Shown: one piece after another, positions 17,322 to 24,169 of the stretch | Layout of the letters: every line of letters starts with the position of its first letter | Position numbering within the stretch: the stretch's first letter is position 1 | NCBI GenBank assembly: GCA_041576165.1 | Contig: JBFGLM010000064.1 | Location: 1-24,169 of the forward strand | Length of the DNA stretch: 24,169 nt | DNA from: Acidimicrobiia bacterium | GTDB lineage: Bacteria; Actinomycetota; Acidimicrobiia; Spongiisociales; Spongiisociaceae | Reading direction: 5' to 3' | Program-made: the position numbers and the translations under genes | Notes under the pieces: generated by a model | Seen by the model: the letters and a program-made list of their open reading frames with translations, nothing else | The model's database searches: none | Told to the model about the DNA's origin: nothing

Positions 17322-18161
17322 GTGCAGGTGACGCTGTGGGGTACGCGGGGGTCGGTCGCCCGGGCCGGGCCCGGGACCGTTACGTACGGCGGGGACACAT
17401 CCTCCGTAGAGGTCAGTGCCGGCAGAACTGCGCTGGCGCTGGACGCGGGTTCGGGCATTGTGCCACTGGGTGACTCGCTGCTCGGCAGTTGCAGCCGAAT
17501 CGACGTGTTGTTGACGCATCTGCACATGGATCACATACAGGGCCTCGGGTTCTTCCGGCCGCTGTACGACCCGAGCATCGACGTGCACATCTGGGGGCCT
17601 GTATCGACCACTATGGACCTGGCAGAGCGGCTCCGCCGCTACCTGTCCCCACCACTGTTTCCCGTCCGCCTGCGCGACCTGGACGTCACCCTGCACGACG
17701 TCCGCCCGGGCACGATCGCGATCGGTGATCTGCAAATAGCAGCGGACTTGGTGATCCATCCCGGGACCACGCTCGGCTACCGGATCGAAGCGCCCAACGG
17801 GCAGGCCTTTTGTTATCTGCCCGATCATGAGCCGGCGTTGGGGGTTCGGAATTTCCCCGACTCGCCAGAGTGGACCTCCGGCTATGCGCTGGCTCAGAAC
17901 GCAGACCTGCTTGTTCACGACACCCAGTACACCGATGACGAATATGCAACGCGCATCGGATGGGGTCACAGCACGCTGCATCACGCGATGAAGTTCACAG
18001 AGTTGACCGGCGCCCGTCACATGGTGACGTTTCACCACGACCCCGAACACACCGATGCGTTTCTCGACAGCCGGCTCGAGACCGCCCGGGTCGCCTGGGG
18101 GGAAGACCGGCCCTTCGCCGTCACGGCCGGCCGGCCGGGCGCCACTTTCGACCTCAGCTGA
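17322..18161 (+). CDS. Metallo-beta-lactamase-fold hydrolase, possible cyclic-nucleotide phosphodiesterase
   Basis: LWGTRGS, LDAGSG, THLHMDHIQG (HxHxDH), PDHE, HDTQY, WGHS and FHHDP; GTG 17322 follows GAGGAG. Confidence 0.85.
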   Translation: MQVTLWGTRGSVARAGPGTVTYGGDTSSVEVSAGRTALALDAGSGIVPLGDSLLGSCSRIDVLLTHLHMDHIQGLGFFRPLYDPSIDVHIWGPVSTTMDLAERLRRYLSPPLFPVRLRDLDVTLHDVRPGTIAIGDLQIAADLVIHPGTTLGYRIEAPNGQAFCYLPDHEPALGVRNFPDSPEWTSGYALAQNADLLVHDTQYTDDEYATRIGWGHSTLHHAMKFTELTGARHMVTFHHDPEHTDAFLDSRLETARVAWGEDRPFAVTAGRPGATFDLS

Positions 18162-18206
18162 TCGACCAACGCAGCCGCGTTGCAGGTGGGTACCATCGCC
18201 GGGGCG

Positions 18207-19583
18207 ATGAATGAGAGAGGGAGCGGTGCATTGGGTGAGGACCTGCAACCATTGATGCGAACCCCGCATCCGGGCCCGGCCAGCCGGGCAATCATTGAAT
18301 CGCTACGCCGGGCCGAAGTTCCCGCCGGTCTCTCATTCGGGCTGGGCGACCACCCCCCGGTATTGGCCCGGGCCGAAGGCGCGGTGATCGAGGACCCCGA
18401 CGGGAACCGGTTCCTGGACATGGTGGCCGGGTTCGGCTCGCTCAACCTGGGCCATTCTCACCCTCGAATCGTGGCCGCCTGCGTCGAGCAACTCTCGACA
18501 GCCCAACAGGCCATGTCGATGGTGTCGGTCATCCGCACCGAATTGCTCACACGGCTGTCCGGGCTAGTCGGCCCCGGGTACCGAACGATCCTGGGAGCGT
18601 CGGGCTCGGAGGCGGTTGAGATCGCGCTCAAGCTGGTGCGGCGGTCCACGGGCCGGACCGGCGTCGTTGCTTTTACAGGCGGGTTTCACGGCCGCACGCT
18701 GGGTGCGCTGGCACTGATGGGCCGGGGGTCGCAGCGGGCCGGCCTTGGCAGTCTTGGGACCGAGGTGTACCACCTCCCCTACCCCGATCCGTACCGGTCG
18801 CCGCTGGCCGCCGATGGGCGGGATGTGTCCCGTGCCACGATCGATCTGTTGCGTAGCTACCTGGACGATCCCGCCGGTGGTTGGGCACCGATTGGGGCGG
18901 TGATAGTCGAACCGGTCCAGGGGAACGGCGGAATGATCCCGGCCCCGCCGGGTTTTCTGACCCAGCTGCGAGAGGTGTGCGCGAACTATGACATTCGTCT
19001 GGTCATAGATGAAGTGATGAGCGGATTCCACCGGACCGGCCACCTCTTCGCCTTCGAGGCCGACCCGGATGTGGAGCCGGATATCGTCGTAGTCGGAAAG
19101 TCCCTCTCGGCCGGGTTGCCGCTGTCCGCCTGTCTCGTTGCCGACGACCTGGCAGGCGCCACCCCGGCCGGAACAGAAACCAGCACGTATGCCGGGAACC
19201 TGGTGTCGTGTGCCGCCGCTCATGCGGCGCTCGACGTCTACGAGGAGGCCGACATGTCGCAACGAGCCGCCTCGCTCGGCAAAGTCCTGATGGACGCACT
19301 TCACAAATCTCTGCGCGGGCATCTGAACGTGGGACAGATCCGAGGCCGGGGATTGATGGTCGGAGTGGAGCTGGTCGAGAACACCGAGACCCGCAGCCCG
19401 CTCGCCGCGGCCCGCTTCATCAGCGAGGCAACGCTCCGTCGGGGCTTGCTCGTGTATCCGGGCGGCCATTACGGCAACGTGATCGGTTTTCTTCCGCCGC
19501 TCGTGGCCACTGAGGATCAGCTCATAACGGCCGGCCAAATACTGGCCGGCGCTCTACAGGAGTTACCCGGCAATGCCGATTAG
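18207..19583 (+). CDS. Class III PLP-dependent aminotransferase (GabT/4-aminobutyrate transaminase-like)
   Basis: NLGHSHP, SGSEAVEIALK, FHGRT, VEPVQGNGG, IDEVMSGFHRTG and PDIVVVGKSL (PLP lysine). Start may be TTG 18231. Confidence 0.9.
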   Translation: MNERGSGALGEDLQPLMRTPHPGPASRAIIESLRRAEVPAGLSFGLGDHPPVLARAEGAVIEDPDGNRFLDMVAGFGSLNLGHSHPRIVAACVEQLSTAQQAMSMVSVIRTELLTRLSGLVGPGYRTILGASGSEAVEIALKLVRRSTGRTGVVAFTGGFHGRTLGALALMGRGSQRAGLGSLGTEVYHLPYPDPYRSPLAADGRDVSRATIDLLRSYLDDPAGGWAPIGAVIVEPVQGNGGMIPAPPGFLTQLREVCANYDIRLVIDEVMSGFHRTGHLFAFEADPDVEPDIVVVGKSLSAGLPLSACLVADDLAGATPAGTETSTYAGNLVSCAAAHAALDVYEEADMSQRAASLGKVLMDALHKSLRGHLNVGQIRGRGLMVGVELVENTETRSPLAAARFISEATLRRGLLVYPGGHYGNVIGFLPPLVATEDQLITAGQILAGALQELPGNAD

Positions 19584-19717
19584 CCCCCATGGCACCGCAG
19601 CATCGGCCACCTGGTAGCTTCAGGGAGATGGCAGGCGCGGCGCGAGCAGCGGGCCGTGGTGGGATGAGTCAAGCGCCCCTCACCTCGCGGCCGGCCGTGA
19701 CCCGGCGGGAGGCGGTC

Positions 19718-20323
19718 GTGACCCGGGCAAGAACTGCCCGCCCAAGCATCGGCTTGCTACTGGCATTCGTGTTGGTGGCGGGAAGTTGTGGCGAACGAGG
19801 CTCCGGCGAGCTTGTCACCGAGGACCGCGCCGTGGAGCCGTTCGAGGCGCTCGAAGTCAGCAGCGGCGTGACCGTCGAACTCATCGTGCATCCATCAGCC
19901 AGTCGCTCGGTTTCGGTGACGTACGATGACAACCTCATCGACAATGTCGTGACCCGCGTCCGCGGCGAGACGCTCATCATCGGACTCGACGAAAGCGTGG
20001 CCGTCTTCGGCGGAGGCCGGGTAGTGAACGTGACGTCCGAGACCCTCATAGACATCGACGTCAGCGGCGGGTCGACAATCAACGCTTCCGGAAATGCGCA
20101 AGCGTATCGACTGGACGCGTCCGGTGGCGCCGACGTCAATCTGCGAAACCTCGAGGCCAGCGAGGTCTTGGTGGAGGCCAGCGGCGGAGCCGAAGTCCGT
20201 ATTCACGCCACCGCTCTCGCCGAGGGGGAGGCTTCGGGTGGCGCCGAAGTAACCGTCTACGGGGATCCGGCCCGCCTGGAGATCGACACCAGCGGTGGGG
20301 CGGAACTGCACACCGGCGAGTGA
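19718..20323 (+). CDS. Lipoprotein with GIN/DUF2807 (adhesin-head-like) beta-helix domain
   Basis: Lipobox VAGSC after a hydrophobic stretch; GSGELVTEDRAV; repeated ASGGA units; GTG 19718 follows GGGAGG. Confidence 0.8.
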   Translation: MTRARTARPSIGLLLAFVLVAGSCGERGSGELVTEDRAVEPFEALEVSSGVTVELIVHPSASRSVSVTYDDNLIDNVVTRVRGETLIIGLDESVAVFGGGRVVNVTSETLIDIDVSGGSTINASGNAQAYRLDASGGADVNLRNLEASEVLVEASGGAEVRIHATALAEGEASGGAEVTVYGDPARLEIDTSGGAELHTGE

Positions 20324-20359
20324 CGCTTTCGAAGATCCGAGGCCCGGCCCGGCGGGTGT

Positions 20360-21160
20360 CTAGCCGGTCACTCCATACCGCCGGCTGTACCAATCAACCA
20401 GGAAACGCCTGATCGCTGCCCGATCCGGTTCGTCGGCCAGCGTCGACGAACGTGCGGCGGATGCGAGTTCCATATGTAGCGCACCGGCCCAGGCGAGTGC
20501 GTCGTCTTCGTCGATCCCACCGGCCCGCAGCACACGGATCCGCTCGGCGTGGCCCTCCGGCACCGGGAGCGTGATGTGGCCCGTCGTGAGGTATTCGATT
20601 CCCTGAATCGCCAGGCGGACGGCGTGAGCCGCGTACTTGGTGTCGAAGCCGTGGGCCGCGACCAACTCCGGGCGCGAGACGTTCTTCTGCCCGCGCTCTC
20701 CCCGCCAGCGGCGCAGCTGTTGTTCCATGTATCCGAGATAGGCACCTGCCGCCCGCTTGGATCGGGTCAGCTCGCCGATCTGCCCCGCAGGGAACCCGGC
20801 GTCGATCATCCGCAAGCTCGCAGGAGCGAACACGATCATCAGTACCGACGGGTTCCCGTTCATTGCCAGATCGACGAACTTGCGCAGCGTGTAGACCTGG
20901 ACGTCGATATCTCCCGGTTCTGAACGAACGCCCTCCGGCTTGGTACGGAGCATCATGGACTGACGCCGGGCCAAACCGGTGACCAACTCGGAGAACGGCT
21001 CTACCCGGACAACGGTGAAGTCGAGGTCGTCCTGGCCGACCGAAATCGCATGGGCGGTCGAACCTGCCTCGGTCACGGTCAGTACCTGGTCGGGTTCAAT
21101 CTCCGCGGCGTCGAGCAGGGCTCGCACCCGGCCGTGCGTAGCTTCGTCAAAACGGCTCAT
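20360..21160 (-). CDS. DNA polymerase beta-superfamily nucleotidyltransferase (Nuc-transf/RlaP-like)
   Basis: AGSTAHAIS-x3-DDLD, VYTLRKF...GNPS, YLGY...Q, GFDTKYAAHAVRL and TGHITLPV. Confidence 0.8.
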   Translation of the reverse strand: MSRFDEATHGRVRALLDAAEIEPDQVLTVTEAGSTAHAISVGQDDLDFTVVRVEPFSELVTGLARRQSMMLRTKPEGVRSEPGDIDVQVYTLRKFVDLAMNGNPSVLMIVFAPASLRMIDAGFPAGQIGELTRSKRAAGAYLGYMEQQLRRWRGERGQKNVSRPELVAAHGFDTKYAAHAVRLAIQGIEYLTTGHITLPVPEGHAERIRVLRAGGIDEDDALAWAGALHMELASAARSSTLADEPDRAAIRRFLVDWYSRRYGVTG

Positions 21161-21225
21161 CGCCGGACATTGTGCGGCAACAGGGGGGCAACTCCGCCGA
21201 ATTTGGCCCGCACTATGGAACGATG

Positions 21226-21900
21226 TCAGACGCTTCCGTCCCGCATGATGCGAAACATCGTTGTCACATCCTCCATGTAGTGGTCCATGAGCGCGCCGAA
21301 ACGGGCAGCCTCATCCACCCCGCCCGTACGCAGCCCCATCGCCCTGGCACCGAACTTGGCTCCGCGGAAGTACGGGCGCAGGTCGGGGTACGGCATCGCC
21401 CTCGGCCCGGGGTCCGGGTCGCCCGGCTTGGGGGCCGGCTGGTCAACCGGTGCGAGTCCCAGCCCTCTCACCACTTCCAGGATCTCATCCTCGAAGGGGC
21501 GATCGGCGAAGTCGCGGCTCACGATACGGGCGATCTCCGCTCCGCCCGGGCCGATGATCACCGTCGCTGGGATCGCCAGGTCGCGCGGGTCTTCCATGTT
21601 CATCAGCTGGTATGGCTTGATCGCCCGGGTCCGATCGGGATCGGAAAGCAGTGGGAAAGGCAGGTTGAGCTTCTCCACCATCGCCGCATGCTGTCCTGGA
21701 CTGTCGATGTCGATCGCAGCGATCACTGCCCCAGCCTGGGTGATCTCGTCATGCCGGAGGGCCAGGCTGACCAGCTGGCCGTTGCAGTACGGTCACCAGT
21801 CTCCCCGGAGGAACACGAGCACCACCCCGCGGCCGTGGTGATCCGACAAGGTCCAGGGCTCGCCCGCTTGGTCGAGCAACGTGAAATCCGGTGCCGTCAT
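21226..21900 (-). CDS. AhpC/TSA (peroxiredoxin-like, thioredoxin-fold) selenoprotein with UxxC motif
   Basis: From ATG 21900: MTAPDFTLLDQAGEPWTLSDHHGRGVVLVFLRGDW-TGA-PYCNGQL, continuing in frame into the track ORF 21226-21726 (LPFPLLSDPD...PATVII). The TGA is codon 36 (21793-21795). Confidence 0.88.
21760..21780 (-). promoter_or_regulatory. Putative bacterial SECIS hairpin
   Basis: GGCCAGCU-GGUC-AG(C)CUGGCC stem-loop begins 13 nt downstream of the UGA and has a G-led apical loop. Confidence 0.65.
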
Positions 21901-21957
21901 GGCGCCCAGGGTACGCGGGCGCCCGTCCTTCCCGCCAGGCGAGTCGGCAAACCGGGA

Positions 21958-22530
21958 TCAGGGAACGGCCACCTTGTCATCAATCGTGGTGTGGGACCTG
22001 GCGTGCGGCCACAGCGCCATTCCCACGGCAGCCCCCAACGCTCCCACGACATACGCCGTCGTCCAGGCGATCGGATAGTCACCATAACTATCAGGGGTGC
22101 CGACTTTCAGCAGCGTCAGGATGATCAGGGCTGCGGTGGCCGCCAGGAAAGTCGCCCCCATGAACCATGCCACCGGCTGAGAGCGAGCACCCCACGCGAA
22201 CAGGATCAGCCCGACGCCGTACAGCGTGGTCCACAGCACAATCGCCCAGCCGGCAAGCGCCGACATCGCCAACCCGAGGAACAGGAACACGATTCCGGCC
22301 CGGATGAGCGATCGACGCTCCGAATCGGGCTTGGCACGCAGCACCGTGACGAGGAGCATGGCGCCGCCAAGCATCAAGGCCACCCAGCCCACGATCCACG
22401 TCATCTGCGGGCTGCCGTCCCACGACCGGGTGCGATCCAGGACGGTCGCCCATCCAAATGCGGCGGGCACTATGAGCCAGGCTCCAGCCCCGAGCCGGGC
22501 GACTGTGCGATCGATTGCGCTGCGCTGCAT
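21958..22530 (-). CDS. Hypothetical multi-pass membrane protein
   Basis: MQRSAIDRTVARLGAGAWLIVP... with about six hydrophobic segments; GGGAG RBS before ATG 22530. Confidence 0.75.
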   Translation of the reverse strand: MQRSAIDRTVARLGAGAWLIVPAAFGWATVLDRTRSWDGSPQMTWIVGWVALMLGGAMLLVTVLRAKPDSERRSLIRAGIVFLFLGLAMSALAGWAIVLWTTLYGVGLILFAWGARSQPVAWFMGATFLAATAALIILTLLKVGTPDSYGDYPIAWTTAYVVGALGAAVGMALWPHARSHTTIDDKVAVP

Positions 22531-22581
22531 GACAACTCCCAAGACTCGTCCGTCGGGCCGACGGGGAACTTCTCTCAGACT

Positions 22582-22609
22582 GACGAATGAACCCGGGCAT
22601 GGGGTGACA
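22582..22609 (-). promoter_or_regulatory. Putative ECF sigma promoter TGTCACC-N17-CGTC
   Basis: Same motif and spacing as 7694-7721; lies upstream of the 21958-22530 gene. Confidence 0.55.
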
Positions 22610-22654
22610 CGCTCCGCGATGAGCAGTCCAGGTGCAGCCTGGGGACGGAATTCG

Positions 22655-22681
22655 GGAACCGTTCGGGTGGGTTGGGGCGTC
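22655..22681 (+). promoter_or_regulatory. Putative ECF sigma promoter GGAACC-N17-CGTC
   Basis: GGAAC...CGTC geometry typical of actinobacterial ECF promoters, just upstream of AAAGGAGG and ATG 22706. Confidence 0.5.
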
Positions 22682-22705
22682 TGACCCGCCGAAAGGAGGC
22701 TCACC

Positions 22706-23125
22706 ATGATCCGCAAGCTCGCAGGCGTGCCGGTGGCGCTCCTGATAGCAATTGCTCTCGTGGCGGTCGCCTGTGGTGGTGGCGAGGCCGGAGACGCACC
22801 GGCGGACGGTAACCAGGTGTCGTCTGGCGTGTTGGCCGACGGTGGTCTCACGGTTGCTGAAGCGCTTGCTACCGACGCCACCGGCGTGCTCGCCGTTCGG
22901 GGATTCATTGTGGCCGATGACACCGGCGCGCAGCTGTGCGACGCCCAGGCCGAGTCGCTGCCTCCCTTGTGCGGCGGTGCCACGATCGACCTGGCCAGCC
23001 TGGACGGCATAGATGCGTCACTGCTGGAGGAGGCGCAGAGCGTCCGGTTCTCCAATCAACCAATCCTGGTCTTCGGTGAGATCGTCGACGGCACCCTGGT
23101 CCCCAATCCCCTGGTCTCGGGCTGA
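22706..23125 (+). CDS. Hypothetical lipoprotein
   Basis: AAAGGAGG RBS; signal peptide with lipobox VAVAC; acidic body with LCDAQAESLPPLCGG. Confidence 0.8.
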   Translation: MIRKLAGVPVALLIAIALVAVACGGGEAGDAPADGNQVSSGVLADGGLTVAEALATDATGVLAVRGFIVADDTGAQLCDAQAESLPPLCGGATIDLASLDGIDASLLEEAQSVRFSNQPILVFGEIVDGTLVPNPLVSG

Positions 23126-23154
23126 GTTTCAGCAGAGCCCGTGTATCGACACCA

Positions 23155-23194
23155 GACGAAAGTGGCCGGCCCCTAGATGGCCGGTCACTTTGTC
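23155..23194 (+). terminator. Hairpin, probable intrinsic terminator
   Basis: GAC(G)AAAGTGGCCGGCC-cctagat-GGCCGGTCACTTTGTC long stem about 30 nt after the stop at 23125. Confidence 0.6.
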
Positions 23195-23367
23195 GCCCGA
23201 ATTCACCGGACGTGGCGTCGCCCTCTGCGGCCCGGCGGTGCGGAATCACAGAGCCTGGGCCCGGCCGAACCGGGAGCGCCCAGAGATGCCGGTCGGGTCG
23301 ATTGGCACTGTTCGCTACTATCGGGAGCAAGTAGGTTCCGAGGGTGCACAAATGCGTAGGAGGTGAC

Positions 23368-23556
23368 ATGCCACACCGCAAAGGGAGCCGGGTTCGTGAG
23401 CTGACGAAGAAGGTTGGCGCTCACGGTAGGGCAGGTACGATCATCGACATTCGCGACGACGGCTCCATCGAAGTGGAGTGGGATGATGGCCACACCTCGA
23501 CCCTGCGCGGCGCTCAACTCGTCGCCGAAAAGAAGGCCAAGTCGGCCACGAGCTGA
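23368..23556 (+). CDS. Small SH3-like protein (DUF1918-like)
   Basis: GGAGGTG RBS; GSRVRE...VGAHGRAGTIIDI...IEVEWDDGHTSTL resembles DUF1918. Confidence 0.7.
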   Translation: MPHRKGSRVRELTKKVGAHGRAGTIIDIRDDGSIEVEWDDGHTSTLRGAQLVAEKKAKSATS

Positions 23557-23650
23557 CGGGCGATACGGCGGGGCCACATAGTTGGCTTTGGCGCGTCGGT
23601 GCGGCATGCCCGGGCCGTTTCGCCTGCGTGACCACCCGGCTGGACGCACG

Positions 23651-23677
23651 TGTCGAATGCGAGACGCCACCGGCGTC
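23651..23677 (+). promoter_or_regulatory. Putative ECF42-like promoter TGTCGAA-N16-CGTC
   Basis: Motif lies about 60 nt upstream of the VOC gene start at 23735. Confidence 0.5.
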
Positions 23678-23734
23678 GGAAGTCTGCAAGGGTTCCCCTC
23701 GGAGGCGGAACTACCGCAAGAAAGGGAGGCACGG

Positions 23735-24103
23735 ATGGCGCACAAGATCGTGCACTGGGAGCTCATGGGTCCCGACGCCGAAGCTCTGACGAGCTTCTAC
23801 ACCGAGATCTTTGACTGGAAAGGTGAGGCCGTACCCGGCTTCGACGGGTACAACATGGTGCAAGCCGACCTGGCCGGCATCGGAGGGGCGGTAGGCAAAG
23901 GCAACGAGAACATGCCCGCCTACCAGACGATGTACGTGGAGGTGCCCGATGTAGACGCGCACCTCCAGAAGATCGAGGCGGCGGGCGGCAAGACGGTTGT
24001 ACGAAAAACCGTGGTCCCCGGCATGGTGACGTTCGCGCTGTTCAACGATCCAGCCGGCAACCTCGTCGGCATCGTCGACGAAGAGGTGCCACCGGCGGAG
24101 TGA
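23735..24103 (+). CDS. VOC family protein
   Basis: MAHKIVHWELMGPD...FYTEIFDW...IEAAGGK...FALFNDPAGNLVGI; GGGAGG RBS. Confidence 0.9.
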   Translation: MAHKIVHWELMGPDAEALTSFYTEIFDWKGEAVPGFDGYNMVQADLAGIGGAVGKGNENMPAYQTMYVEVPDVDAHLQKIEAAGGKTVVRKTVVPGMVTFALFNDPAGNLVGIVDEEVPPAE

Positions 24104-24130
24104 CACCCGGCGTCTAGACCCAAGTTGATC

Positions 24131-24161
24131 GGCGAGCCCGGCCCATCCGGCCGGGTTCGCC
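24131..24161 (+). terminator. GC-rich hairpin, probable terminator
   Basis: GGCGAGCCCGGCC-catcc-GGCCGGGTTCGCC 13-bp stem (one G-U pair) after the VOC stop; no U-tract. Confidence 0.55.
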
Positions 24162-24169
24162 CGCGTGAG

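Noticed and set aside
20041-20310. Recurring AGCGGCGG/TCCGGTGGCGCC units as a CRISPR or DNA repeat
   Set aside because: These encode the SGGA repeats of the GIN beta-helix and vary at synonymous positions.
1413-22590. Long antisense or alternate-frame ORFs (e.g. 1413-2558, 3032-4270, 3679-4794, 9135-10238, 17205-18269, 21172-22590)
   Set aside because: They are shadows of real genes in high-GC DNA, with Arg/Gly/Pro-rich composition and no family motifs.
1-24169. tRNA, rRNA, CRISPR array, transposase or integrase
   Set aside because: None recognised by eye; tRNAscan-SE or Infernal searches were not run.

Overview
High-GC window, probably actinobacterial (Acidimicrobiia-like; inferred from gene content and promoter style), with about 22 genes. 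The ordinary content is a truncated SARP-type regulator fragment, a secreted EEP-family nuclease, two VOC proteins, a three-gene xanthine-dehydrogenase-family molybdoenzyme, an SDR, a Kef-type antiporter, a PAS protein with a metallo-beta-lactamase-fold hydrolase, a class III aminotransferase, two lipoproteins, a Pol-beta-superfamily nucleotidyltransferase and small membrane proteins. The standout is a compact locus at 7749-14260. A soluble-adenylyl-cyclase-like STAND protein (two cyclase domains, NTPase, TPR-like region) is transcribed divergently, across a 55-bp spacer holding a perfect 17-bp palindrome, from an operon encoding a class I isoprenoid-fold enzyme (two DDxxD motifs), two tandem paralogous NHLP/Nif11-like small proteins and a class I SAM methyltransferase. 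I interpret this, by inference, as a candidate prenylated/methylated RiPP or peptide-signal system linked to a cyclic-nucleotide receptor. Separately, the ORF track truncates a UGA-recoded selenoprotein (AhpC/TSA-like, UxxC motif, with a SECIS-like hairpin) at 21226-21900. All calls are by eye; no searches were run.
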